A DNA stretch of 64,000 nt from Acidobacteriota bacterium (GTDB lineage Bacteria; Acidobacteriota; UBA6911; RPQK01; JAJDTT01). The stretch covers positions 5,568,001 to 5,632,000 of the forward strand of contig OZ242374.1 of the NCBI GenBank assembly GCA_965209055.1. Direction: 5' to 3'. The notes under the pieces are model-generated. The model was not told the origin of the DNA, searched no databases, and was given only the letters and a program-made list of their open reading frames with translations. Both the position numbers and the translations under genes were made by a program. Below are positions 36,130 through 45,770 of the stretch, in pieces. Each line of letters begins with the position of its first letter. Positions within the stretch are counted from its first letter, which is position 1.

Positions 36130-38275
36130 CCAGGTGTTCGCCTCGTTCCAGACCGTCGATTTTCAGCCGGTAGCTCTCCTCGGTCCCGTCGGCGATGCCA
36201 TCCTCCGGGAAAATGAGGCGCCAGTTCCCTCCATCCACAGCGTATTCCAACTGGTGGATGGCGCTGGCCACAGTCCGCACCTCAACCTGAATCCGTGCCT
36301 CGGACCCCTCGATCCGGGGCGCTCCCCATTTTATTTCCGGAGCGGAGTTGGCCACGACGAACGGCTTGCTCATCAACTCGCTCTCCAGGGCCCGGTCCAC
36401 CGGATTGGAAGGGGAGTCGGAGACCGTGACCCGTACCACGTAAGTGCCGTCCGGCAAGCTCTTGCCGTCAAGGGTCCGGTAGTTTTCGGTGAGGTCCTTT
36501 TTCAGAAGTGTCCATCTCCGGTCGCCGGCGGTCCGGTAGTGGATGCTGTAAACCAGATCGTCGCCGTTGGGATCCTGAGCACTCCATGACAGGCTCTGTG
36601 CGCCGGGCAGGTACACCCTGCGCGGCGGAGTCTTGACCGCCGGGGACCCCAGACGCCGGATCTCCGACGGCAAGGAACGCCGGTGAGCACCGCCGGGGCC
36701 CCCCGGTGACACCCCTCCTGCAGGATCGGTGGAAGCGTAGCGGACGAAGGCGGCGCCCGGGGGATGCACCGTAATCGACGAGAGCAAGGGCGCCCTGTTG
36801 TGCTGGAGATAGCTGACGCTCACCAAATCCACGGCGTTGGTCTGGGAGACCACGGCCTCGGACCTGCCTTCGGCGGGAAACTCGAGTTTCCATTGAAGAT
36901 ACCGGGTGGGAGGACTCTCGATGCGGGTCCCGCTGGAGTCGGAATAAAGCGGACTCCATTTACCCCAGGTATCGTCGGGGGTATCGGTGTTCCCGGTCCG
37001 GACAGACGCTTTCACGGCCGGTTCGACACCGTCGATCACCTCCCACTGGATGTTGCCCCAGGAGGCGACCATCCCGGCGTCAAAGACTCTGGACTCATAG
37101 ACACCCTTCTCGGTGGGCTTGGTTTTCAACTCGAAGCCCTTGCCCAGATTGCTGGTGGCGGCAAAGAGCCTCCCGCGGCGTTCCAGCAGGCGCGTGACCT
37201 GTTCCTCTCCCGACTCCACCAGGAGGGTCACGAACCTTTTGGGGCTGACGGAGAATATTCGGCCCTTGTCGCCGGTGGCCACCAGCAGATTGCCGTCGTT
37301 GCGGATCAGAAGATCGTACGCCAGGGCGCGGTCGGAACTGTAAAGCGTTTCTACGCCGCCGCTGCGGCCGATCCGGTAGATCTCCAGCCTCTTTCCCGAA
37401 GTCGTCCCCGATACCCGTACGGTGCGGCCTGAAGTCGCGGATGGAGCCGGCCTCGTCCCGGTCTTGGCGGTGGTCTTGGCCGTGCTTTCCGTCTTCAGGG
37501 ATGCAGCCCGGGCGCCCCCTGACAAGGCTGCCGCAAATATGTTTCCGTATCGATCGACCGCGATCGATCTGACCTCCTCCAGCGGCGAGTCGTGGACCAC
37601 GGTGGCCGCGCCGTCCGAGGAAAGGCGAAGGATCAAGGCCCGCGCAGACGTCCCGGCCAGGATATTCCTGTCCAGGTCCCAGGCCAGGCTCACGATGTGG
37701 GTGGTCGGACTGTCGTAGAACTTCCGTCCTTCCCCGTCGGAGCCGACCTTGTAGACGATGCCCCTGGAACCGGTCCCCACATAGACGTTGTCCCGCCGGT
37801 CAATGGCCAGCGACCAGATGTACTTCTCGTCGGGATCGAAGAAGACCTCGGCCTTTCCCGTCAAGTCCAGCCGGTAGACCTTGCCGTCGGGAGCGGTGCC
37901 GGCGTAGACCCGCCCCGCCGAATCCAGCGCCATGGCGTAGACCCCCGGCTCGTCCAACTTGGCCCACTCCTTCGGTTCCCCGTTGGCGGCGATCCGAAAG
38001 AGCTTGCCGTCGTTGCCGGTCCCGAGATAGACGTTGCCCAGCCCGTCGACGGCGGCGGAGTAGACGAACGGCTCTTCGGTATTCAGCAAAGTCTCCAGGG
38101 CGGGGGCGATGATGAGCCGGGCGTCGCTGGTGACGGAGACTCCCCGCAGCTTCCCCTTCAGGAATTCGTCGCGCGTTGCCGACACCCATTTGCGCGGCTG
38201 AACGGCCAATAGAGACTCGCCCCAAAAGAGGAGGCAAAGGAGCGGCAAGAACCGTTTGAACAGACGGAATTTCAT
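36062..38275 (-). CDS. Secreted beta-propeller repeat protein with C-terminal FN3/Ig-like domains
   Basis: Signal peptide from ATG 38275; repeated D..GNVY.GTG..GKVYR blades; W.A.DPNGDDL.Y, LPDGTY, DSVGN. Confidence 0.8.
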   Translation of the reverse strand: MKFRLFKRFLPLLCLLFWGESLLAVQPRKWVSATRDEFLKGKLRGVSVTSDARLIIAPALETLLNTEEPFVYSAAVDGLGNVYLGTGNDGKLFRIAANGEPKEWAKLDEPGVYAMALDSAGRVYAGTAPDGKVYRLDLTGKAEVFFDPDEKYIWSLAIDRRDNVYVGTGSRGIVYKVGSDGEGRKFYDSPTTHIVSLAWDLDRNILAGTSARALILRLSSDGAATVVHDSPLEEVRSIAVDRYGNIFAAALSGGARAASLKTESTAKTTAKTGTRPAPSATSGRTVRVSGTTSGKRLEIYRIGRSGGVETLYSSDRALAYDLLIRNDGNLLVATGDKGRIFSVSPKRFVTLLVESGEEQVTRLLERRGRLFAATSNLGKGFELKTKPTEKGVYESRVFDAGMVASWGNIQWEVIDGVEPAVKASVRTGNTDTPDDTWGKWSPLYSDSSGTRIESPPTRYLQWKLEFPAEGRSEAVVSQTNAVDLVSVSYLQHNRAPLLSSITVHPPGAAFVRYASTDPAGGVSPGGPGGAHRRSLPSEIRRLGSPAVKTPPRRVYLPGAQSLSWSAQDPNGDDLVYSIHYRTAGDRRWTLLKKDLTENYRTLDGKSLPDGTYVVRVTVSDSPSNPVDRALESELMSKPFVVANSAPEIKWGAPRIEGSEARIQVEVRTVASAIHQLEYAVDGGNWRLIFPEDGIADGTEESYRLKIDGLERGEHLVTVRVVDSVGNLGSGRLTLAIP

Positions 38276-38306
38276 GTGGGACTCACGAACTCGGGAGCAA
38301 TGCGGG

Positions 38307-40154
38307 CTAACTCTTGACCTCCACCTGGATGACACGTTGGCCTTGGAGGACGTATTCGGTCGCCTGCAGCTCATGCTCCACGTAGACGGCCCGGTCCACT
38401 GCCCGCACGTCTCCCGAAGTCTTCCGAGAGGTATAGAGAGCCAGGAAGGAGGGGGGCAGATCGGAGAGTCTTTCCCCATCCACAACGGTGCTGGGGCGGT
38501 CTCGGAATAGCCGGACATAAAGCCGGTCGTTCTTCTTCAGGTTGTTGATGGCCCTCACCAGTTGGCGCACGTTCTCGGGTATGAATCGGCCCTGGCTCGA
38601 CTCGGCGTCCGACTTGGCGAGAGACAGGCCGTCTCCGATCATGATCTTGAGGGGACCGGGAACGATGTCGTCGGGAATCTTGACGGGAAACTTCTCGACG
38701 ATGGTCTCTCCATTGAACTTTCTGAGAAAGACCGTCAGGTTCACTTCTTCTCCGGGCCGGGCCTCCAGCTTGTCCTGCCAGACCTTCTCCAGAGTCGCCT
38801 CCCAGATCTGCTCCACCGCCTCGATCTCGATGCCGACGCGTTCCACTTCCAGTTGCTCGAACCCGCTGTTGAGCAGCAGGTGAGCCGGCGCCGCAGCCGC
38901 CACCGCAGCCGCGACGGGGTTGTTCGAAGGACGCGCGATGTTGTTCTCGAACACCACCTCGGGATGCTCGGCGATGCTGACGGTGCTCTTGATCCGCAAC
39001 GTCTGATCGCCGAGTCCCTTCTCCGACGAGATCAGGCTGCTGTAGACGGAGAAGGTGAGCAGGAAGGGGGTCAGAAAGCTGTCCCGAATGGTCTCGTAGG
39101 CGTATTCGCGATCCTGGTTCCGGCTGGTCCTGACCTTGAGGTGAACCGGGATCAGGCGGGCCTCGCTCCCGCTCACTCCCATGATGCCGGTGGCCCGGTC
39201 CTGCTTGACGGCCCCCACCAGCCGGGTGGCAGCCGCGACTTTGTGGCTCGTATTCAACTGCGGAATGATCGTCAGGACGGCCGCCTGGTTCATGGGCATG
39301 TCGGTGTATCCCAGATTCAGGAAGGGATGGCCGAACGCATAGATCTTGTTCCCGCTGATATGGGTGACGGTTCCGCTGGCGCTGAGGCTGACGTCGCCGC
39401 GGGCCAACTCGACGCTGATGCTGGAACCCGGTTCCAATGGAGCCTGGGAGAAGTCGCTGGTCTTGCCGCCGCCGGCCCCTTGCACCGGCACCAGGCCCAA
39501 GCGGCGGAACGTCTCGCGAAAGGTGTCCACCGCCGTCGCCGAGAATCCGGATGTATTGACGGGAGTAGCGATGCGGGTCAGGCGAAAAGGTGAGACGCTG
39601 GCCAAACTTGGCAGTTCGGCCTCGAATTCCAGGGGCGCGAACGGGGGTAGATAGTCGGGAAGCTTCAGTTGCGCCGACTCCAGCAGTATGTCGGTCCGGG
39701 GCCGTTCGGGAGCGGGGGGCGCCCCAAGCCGGTGGATCTCCTTGAAGACATCGACGGTCTCCTGAATCGGAGTCACTCCCGCGATGGGTTCCTTGGCAAA
39801 GGGAAACGAGTAGGCGATGGCGCCGACCAGCTTGTCTTCGATGTAGACCGGGCTGCCGCTCATTCCGGCGAACACACCGGTCCGATCCAACTGGCCTCCC
39901 GAGACCCGCACCAGAATCAGGTTTCTTCTGGGCTCGAACTTTTCCAGGACGCCCAGAATCTCGACGTCGAACTTCTCGACCTTGTTGCCTTGGAAAACGG
40001 TCTTTCCGTAGCCCCTCTGGCCGGGCCTCACTTCCTCCAGAGGATAGAGATCAGTAGATTGTGCGACGGCCGGGCCGGCCAGGAGAATCCCTGCCAGCAA
40101 GCTTTGCAGGATGGCCGCGCGGCCCCGTCCTCCGAATGATCCTTTCATCCCCAT
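38307..40154 (-). CDS. SpoIVB peptidase S55 domain-containing secreted protein
   Basis: AGMSGSPVY..KLVGAIAY and GTVT...YAFGHPF motifs; signal peptide; start uncertain. Confidence 0.85.
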   Translation of the reverse strand: MGMKGSFGGRGRAAILQSLLAGILLAGPAVAQSTDLYPLEEVRPGQRGYGKTVFQGNKVEKFDVEILGVLEKFEPRRNLILVRVSGGQLDRTGVFAGMSGSPVYIEDKLVGAIAYSFPFAKEPIAGVTPIQETVDVFKEIHRLGAPPAPERPRTDILLESAQLKLPDYLPPFAPLEFEAELPSLASVSPFRLTRIATPVNTSGFSATAVDTFRETFRRLGLVPVQGAGGGKTSDFSQAPLEPGSSISVELARGDVSLSASGTVTHISGNKIYAFGHPFLNLGYTDMPMNQAAVLTIIPQLNTSHKVAAATRLVGAVKQDRATGIMGVSGSEARLIPVHLKVRTSRNQDREYAYETIRDSFLTPFLLTFSVYSSLISSEKGLGDQTLRIKSTVSIAEHPEVVFENNIARPSNNPVAAAVAAAAPAHLLLNSGFEQLEVERVGIEIEAVEQIWEATLEKVWQDKLEARPGEEVNLTVFLRKFNGETIVEKFPVKIPDDIVPGPLKIMIGDGLSLAKSDAESSQGRFIPENVRQLVRAINNLKKNDRLYVRLFRDRPSTVVDGERLSDLPPSFLALYTSRKTSGDVRAVDRAVYVEHELQATEYVLQGQRVIQVEVKS

Positions 40155-40255
40155 GGTCACGTCGAATCCGAGAGGCAGACACGCATGCGGGCGGACGCCG
40201 AAGGATGCCCGCTTGTCAGGGTCGGCGGTCATCATAGCACAGGTTAAGAGGGGTC

Positions 40256-43200
40256 ATGCCGCGTCTGGATTCGCTGGAAATACTGGGTTTCAAGTCATTC
40301 GCCAACCGGACCCGCGTGTTGTTCGAAGACGGGATCACCATCGTCGTCGGACCCAACGGCTGCGGCAAGTCCAATCTGACCGACGCCCTCTCCTGGGTGC
40401 TTGGAATGGTCGGCGCCCACCGCATTCGCGGCCGGAGGATGGATGATTTCATCTTCAACGGGACCAGCAAGCGGCGTCCATCGGGAATGATGGAGGCCAC
40501 ACTGACCCTTTCCCGGGAAGAGGAGACGCCCATTGCCTTCAATGGTCTCGAAGCGGACGGGCCCACCGTTTCCATCGCCCGCAGGCTCTACCGGTCCGGC
40601 GACAGCGCCTATTTCATCAATGGAAGCCGCTGCCGATTGAAAGACGTCGAGGCTCTGGTGGAACGTATCGGCCTGGGGCTCGGTTCCTATGCCCTGATCC
40701 GCCAGGGCCGGGTGGAGCGGTTCCTCAACTCGGGATCTCTGGACCGCCGCGCCATCATCGAGGAAGCCGCGGGAATCGGAGGGTACAAGGCCCGCCGCCG
40801 GAATGCCGAACTCAAGCTGGAAATGGCTCGCCAGAACCTGCTTCGCATCGACGACATCCTGAGCGAGGTGGAGCGCCAGCTCCGGTCCCTCAAACGGCAG
40901 GCGGCCAAGGCCCGGCGGCACAAGGCGTTGAAGGAGGAGTTCCGGGATGTCCAGCAGCGGCGTTTCAGCTTCAAGGCGCACGAGATCGTCATCAGCCTTG
41001 CCGAAGTGGAAGCGGCACAGGCCCGCCTGGGGCCGGCACTGACCGAAGTGACCGCGGAGATCCGGAATCGGGAACGGATCCTCCAAGAGATCTCCGAACG
41101 AATGGAGGTTCTGGAAAACAGGCTCTCGGAGTTGAGAGAGGAAAGTACCGGCGCGCGGGTGAAACTTGACCGGACTCGGAATTCGATCCGCTTTTGCGGC
41201 CAGCAGATCGAATCGACACGACGGCTTTTGGACACACACGGCCGGAACCGGGACGAGTTGCTCAAGTCACTGGAAGCGGGCGAGTCGGAGGTCCGGAGCC
41301 TCCGGGCGGAAGACGCGGTTTTGAAGGAGCAACGGCCGCTGGTGCGCAGCCGCCTCACCCATCGCACCCAGGTGGCGGACGAATGCAAGGTTCGGCTGGA
41401 AGCAGCGGAGCGGAGAGTCGAGCATCTCCGAGCCCGCCATCTGGAACTCTCGGGCGAGCTGACCCGGTTGCGGAATGCCAGAGACCGGGCCTTCCAGCGC
41501 GTGGAATCGATCAAGACTCAACGGTCCCGGCTGGAACGGGAGCGGGCGGGACACGAATCGGGAATGAAGCAGGCTCGGGAACGGCTTCAGGAGCGGCAAC
41601 TGACCGGTTCCCGCCGCCGTGAGGAGGCGGGCGCAGTCCGGGACCGTCTGGAGACCAATGAGGAGGAACGGCGGAACCTGGAGAGAGAGCTGGCGCAAGT
41701 TCGGGATGAGCTGGCTGAGGCTCGTGAAGGATGGATCGCCGGGCGGGGACGGCTTCAATCCCTGGAGGAATTGGAAATCAGCCACTCGCTCTACAGCGAG
41801 GGAGTGGGCAAGGCCCTGCGGCATCTCCGCAACAGTTCGGTGCCCGTGTCGGGAACGTTGGCCGACTATGCCCGGATCAGCCCTGAATTCGAAAATCTGG
41901 TGGAACAGTTCCTGCAGCAGGAACTGGAGTTCGTACTGGTGGATTCCTTTCAACAGGCGGTGGGCGGTGTCTCCGAACTCAAGGCGCTGGACGGTGGACG
42001 ATGCACCTTCTTGAGCTTGAAGGCCAACGGGTTTTCGGAGCCGGTCCAAAACGGCGGTAAGGAACTCGCGGCCGAGGAGGGGGTGGTGGGGACCCTTGGG
42101 GATCTCCTGACCTTGGAGGCGCCGGTCCGCAAGGCGTTTCGCCGGGTCCTCCCCGAGCGGGCGGATGCGGTGGTGGTGTCCGATCTGGACAGTGCCTTTG
42201 CGCTGTCTCACCGCTATCCGTCGAGAACGTTTCTCACCGTCCAAGGCGAAGCCCTGGCGCCGGGTGGGCTGCTCTCGGTGAGCCGGGCCGGCCGGCCCGG
42301 AGGCGGCCTGCTCTCCTTTCGTCGGGAGAAGGCCGATCTGGAGAAGAACCTGGTCCGGGCGAAGGCCCGGGTGAACCGGCTGACCCGGCGCGAAGAGGAG
42401 CTGCGGGCACTCACCCGGGAGACGTTGAGGGCCGCCCGCAAGTTCCAGCAAACGCTTCATCAGACGGAGAAGGACGTTCTTCAACAGGAGTTGGAGGAGG
42501 AACAGGCCCGGCGCGACCTGGAGCATCATCGCCGAGCCTTGGAGGTCTTGGCATTCGAGGAGACCCAACTCCGAAAAGAGGAATCGAGCGAGCACGATGG
42601 CGCGCAGGCTGCGTCCAGGAACCTGACCGGCAAGGAGGATCTGGCCGGACAGTTCGATGCCGAGCTGGCTGAAGCGAAGGAGTTGGTGACACAGGCACGA
42701 AGCCAGTTCTCCGAATCGCGGGAGCGACTGCACCGGGCCGCCACGGAGGAAAGGGTAATCGAGGAAAAGGCCAGATCCGTCGAGGACTCCCTTTCCAGAT
42801 CTGAAAGCCGCCTGGAGTCTCTGGCGTTACGGCTCGACGAAACGGAGACTCAGAAGACGGACGGGGAGGAGCGGCTGAAGACATTGACCCTGGAACTGGA
42901 GGATCTGGAGAAAACCTTCGAGACCTGTCGAGCGGAGGCCGTTCGGCTGTCGAGCGCCGAAGCCAACGACCGGCAGGAGTATCAGGAATACCGGAGCGAC
43001 AGGCGAAGTCTCGAGACCCGGCTTCAGGAACTGCGGCAAAAACAGCAGCACCTTCAGGAGGAGGGTTCCGACAAGGAGGTCCGGAGGGCCCGATTGGAAA
43101 CCCACTTGGAGAATCTGGGCCGGCAATGCCGTGAAGACCTCCAGGAACCGCTCGAATCGATCATGGAGAAGGTGACTCCGGGTGAGGACGACGCCGGGAT

Positions 43201-43855
43201 CTCCGACCGTTACCGGGAACTCAGGTCCAGGCTGGAAAAATTCGGTCCGGTCAACATGACGGCCCTGGAACAGTATCAGGACAACGAGGAGCGGCACAGC
43301 TATCTCAGCCGTCAGAGGGAGGACCTGAACACGTCCATCGCCGATACGACCAGGGCGATCCAGGAAATCAACCGCCACAGCCGGGCGAAGTTCAAGAAGG
43401 CCTTCGACGCCGTCAACACCCACTTGCACGAGACCTTCCGCCAGTTGTTCGACGGCGGAACCAGTGGCATGAAACTGATCGACGAAGAGGACCTGCTGGA
43501 AAGCGGCATCGACCTCTTTGCACAACCGCCCGGCAAGAAGGTGCAGTACCTCTCTCAACTCTCGGGTGGAGAGCAGACGCTTACCGGCGTTGCTTTTCTG
43601 GTGGCTCTTTTCAGGTACCGTCCCAGCCGGTTCTGCGTCCTGGACGAAGTCGACGCCGCTCTGGACGACACCAACGTGGAGCGATTCGTGCGCCTGATCC
43701 GGGACATGTCCCACGACACCCAGTTCATCCTCGTGAGCCACAACAAGCGGACCATCGAAATGGCCGATTCACTCTACGGGGTCACGATGGAAGAACCCGG
43801 GATCTCCCAGGTGTTGGCGGTGCGCCTCACGGAAGCCAAAACCCTCGCCGAGTAG
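40256..43855 (+). CDS. smc: Chromosome segregation protein SMC
   Basis: GFKSF, GPNGCGKSN, coiled coils, central hinge (GRCTFL), GPVN..A, LSGGE, LDEVDAALD. Confidence 0.95.
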   Translation: MPRLDSLEILGFKSFANRTRVLFEDGITIVVGPNGCGKSNLTDALSWVLGMVGAHRIRGRRMDDFIFNGTSKRRPSGMMEATLTLSREEETPIAFNGLEADGPTVSIARRLYRSGDSAYFINGSRCRLKDVEALVERIGLGLGSYALIRQGRVERFLNSGSLDRRAIIEEAAGIGGYKARRRNAELKLEMARQNLLRIDDILSEVERQLRSLKRQAAKARRHKALKEEFRDVQQRRFSFKAHEIVISLAEVEAAQARLGPALTEVTAEIRNRERILQEISERMEVLENRLSELREESTGARVKLDRTRNSIRFCGQQIESTRRLLDTHGRNRDELLKSLEAGESEVRSLRAEDAVLKEQRPLVRSRLTHRTQVADECKVRLEAAERRVEHLRARHLELSGELTRLRNARDRAFQRVESIKTQRSRLERERAGHESGMKQARERLQERQLTGSRRREEAGAVRDRLETNEEERRNLERELAQVRDELAEAREGWIAGRGRLQSLEELEISHSLYSEGVGKALRHLRNSSVPVSGTLADYARISPEFENLVEQFLQQELEFVLVDSFQQAVGGVSELKALDGGRCTFLSLKANGFSEPVQNGGKELAAEEGVVGTLGDLLTLEAPVRKAFRRVLPERADAVVVSDLDSAFALSHRYPSRTFLTVQGEALAPGGLLSVSRAGRPGGGLLSFRREKADLEKNLVRAKARVNRLTRREEELRALTRETLRAARKFQQTLHQTEKDVLQQELEEEQARRDLEHHRRALEVLAFEETQLRKEESSEHDGAQAASRNLTGKEDLAGQFDAELAEAKELVTQARSQFSESRERLHRAATEERVIEEKARSVEDSLSRSESRLESLALRLDETETQKTDGEERLKTLTLELEDLEKTFETCRAEAVRLSSAEANDRQEYQEYRSDRRSLETRLQELRQKQQHLQEEGSDKEVRRARLETHLENLGRQCREDLQEPLESIMEKVTPGEDDAGISDRYRELRSRLEKFGPVNMTALEQYQDNEERHSYLSRQREDLNTSIADTTRAIQEINRHSRAKFKKAFDAVNTHLHETFRQLFDGGTSGMKLIDEEDLLESGIDLFAQPPGKKVQYLSQLSGGEQTLTGVAFLVALFRYRPSRFCVLDEVDAALDDTNVERFVRLIRDMSHDTQFILVSHNKRTIEMADSLYGVTMEEPGISQVLAVRLTEAKTLAE

Positions 43856-44033
43856 GAGGGCCGGTTTCCTACCGCCCACTGGGAGGGGGGACTGTCAGTT
43901 CCCCCTTCTTTTCATGCGTTGCTGCGTGATTTGGCCGTTGGAAAGTGTACAGGGGGAGCCCGTCCCCCTTACCCCCCTGAGCGGCGGTAGGAAAACCGCC
44001 TCCCAATTGGCGACAGGAAAGTCGCCGCTCCAG
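43852..44033. repeat. Composite REP/BIME-like inverted repeat cluster
   Basis: GTAGGAGGGCCGGTTTCCTACCGCCC (43852-43877) inverted at 43983-44004; second palindrome type at 43879-43905 and 44009-44033. Confidence 0.7.
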
Positions 44034-44267
44034 TCACTTCTTTCTTCTGATCCGGTGCTTCCGGATCTTGGCCGCGAGAGTGTTCCGGTGCATGCCCATC
44101 ACCCGGGCCGCGGAACCGATTTTGCCGCCGGTCTGGTCCAGGGCCCGCAGAATGAAGAGCTTCTCGAATTGCTCCGCCGCCTCCTGCCAGAGGATCCCCT
44201 TGGCCACCAGTTCGTCGACGATCGCTTCCAGCCTGTCCTTGATGGGGATCTGATCGCCGCTGGCCAT
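44034..44267 (-). CDS. Small Fis-family helix-turn-helix protein
   Basis: FEKLFILRAL..TGG....AARVMGMHRNTL..KI. Confidence 0.85.
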   Translation of the reverse strand: MASGDQIPIKDRLEAIVDELVAKGILWQEAAEQFEKLFILRALDQTGGKIGSAARVMGMHRNTLAAKIRKHRIRRKK

Positions 44268-44332
44268 TGGTCATGCACGAACCGCGGGGGTCCGCCTTTG
44301 GGTTCTGCCGAAACGCGGCCGGGAAGATTTCT

Positions 44333-44884
44333 TCACGATTTCCTGTCGGCGCCCCGCTGTAGCCAGTACCGGTAGATTCGCTCGTACTCCATCTGAAACC
44401 GCTCCCGAAAGGACGGTGGAGCCGAGAGCTCCACGAGCTTCCGGGTCACCACGAGAAAGTACTCGCCTGTCACGGTGCCGCTCACAAGATCGTTCCTGAT
44501 GGGGAAGACGGTCAGGGCCAGAAAGATCACGGCCACGATCAACCATCCTCTGAGCAGACCGAAAACTCCTCCCAGGAGACGATCGATCCACTTCATGTTC
44601 AGAGCGGAAATGAAACGGTTCAGCAAGGATGCCAGTAGAGCCCCGGCAATGATGCAGCCCAGGAAGATGCCCACGAAGGCCAGGAGTTCCGACAGGAGCG
44701 TGCCGACCCCCATGCGTTCCAACAGCGGCGACACGGCGGCAAAGTAGTAGACGGCGAGCAGGAGGCCCGAAATCGCAGCCGCCAGGGCGATCAGCTCCCG
44801 GACCAGCCCCTTCACCAAGGCGGTGACGAACGAGATGGCCACGATGGCAAGGGCCAGGATATCCAGGATCTTGAGATCACCCAT
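44333..44884 (-). CDS. cvpA: CvpA family membrane protein
   Basis: LDI, KGLVRELI, DRLLGGVFGLLRG; TM helices. Confidence 0.9.
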   Translation of the reverse strand: MGDLKILDILALAIVAISFVTALVKGLVRELIALAAAISGLLLAVYYFAAVSPLLERMGVGTLLSELLAFVGIFLGCIIAGALLASLLNRFISALNMKWIDRLLGGVFGLLRGWLIVAVIFLALTVFPIRNDLVSGTVTGEYFLVVTRKLVELSAPPSFRERFQMEYERIYRYWLQRGADRKS

Positions 44885-45770
44885 GGACCACCCTCTCGCG
44901 GCGTTCCTTCAGCCGATCCACTAATTCGGCGGGACTCCGGGGAACGTCTCCGAACGCGACCTGGGGTTTGACACGGCCGTGGAAATCGCTTCCCGAAGTG
45001 ACCACCAGATCCAACCGGCGAGCGATCTCCTCGTAGTATCGACAAGTCTCCCCGGTATGGTAGGAGCTGTACGCCTCGATGCCCTCCATTCCCATCTCCC
45101 TTGCGCTCCGTATCCAACGCTCGTCAACCACGCCGCTCTTCTGGCCCGGATGGGCCAGAACCGGAACTCCTCCCGCAGCCCGGACCGTCTCGATCGCTTG
45201 GGGAAGGGAAACCGTCTCTTTGGCGGCGAAAGCCGGGCCGCCGGGAAGAAAGAAGAACTTGTAGAAGTCGATCTCCGGGCTGAGCTTGCTGCCGGACGGG
45301 ATCTGTTGGACCAGGGCGTGGTTGCGGTTCGATGCCTTGGAAAGGACGACCGAGGCGATGGCGGGACCGGTCCCTGCAACCGGCCCCAGAGCTTCCCTCA
45401 CTTCTTCATAGCTGATGTCGAACCCGAGAGCCCGGAGCAGGCCGACCCGGGCCTCGTTCTGCCGGACCCGGCTCAGCCGGATGCGGGCCAGCAGGTCCAG
45501 AAGCGGGCGGTCGTGCCAGTCCACCAGAGGGGCAAGCAGATGGAATCCCATCCCCCGGTGCCGGACGCTGACCTCGACGTTGGCCAGGTACTCTCCCGGA
45601 AAGTCCTGGGCCAGGATGAACGCCTCCTCCAATGCAGCCACGGTATCGTGGTCCGAGATGGAGAAGACGTCGAGGCCGACCCTCCGGGCCTCGGCGAAGA
45701 TATCCGGTACGGTCCATTCCCCGTCGCTGGAATGACGGGAATGGATGTGAAGGTCGGCAAAAACCTTCAA
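44877..45770 (-). CDS. PHP domain metal-dependent phosphoesterase
   Basis: DLHIHS..SDG, ISDHDT, VLAHP, GSDFHG; TTG start overlaps purC stop. Confidence 0.92.
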   Translation of the reverse strand: MKVFADLHIHSRHSSDGEWTVPDIFAEARRVGLDVFSISDHDTVAALEEAFILAQDFPGEYLANVEVSVRHRGMGFHLLAPLVDWHDRPLLDLLARIRLSRVRQNEARVGLLRALGFDISYEEVREALGPVAGTGPAIASVVLSKASNRNHALVQQIPSGSKLSPEIDFYKFFFLPGGPAFAAKETVSLPQAIETVRAAGGVPVLAHPGQKSGVVDERWIRSAREMGMEGIEAYSSYHTGETCRYYEEIARRLDLVVTSGSDFHGRVKPQVAFGDVPRSPAELVDRLKERRERVVHG

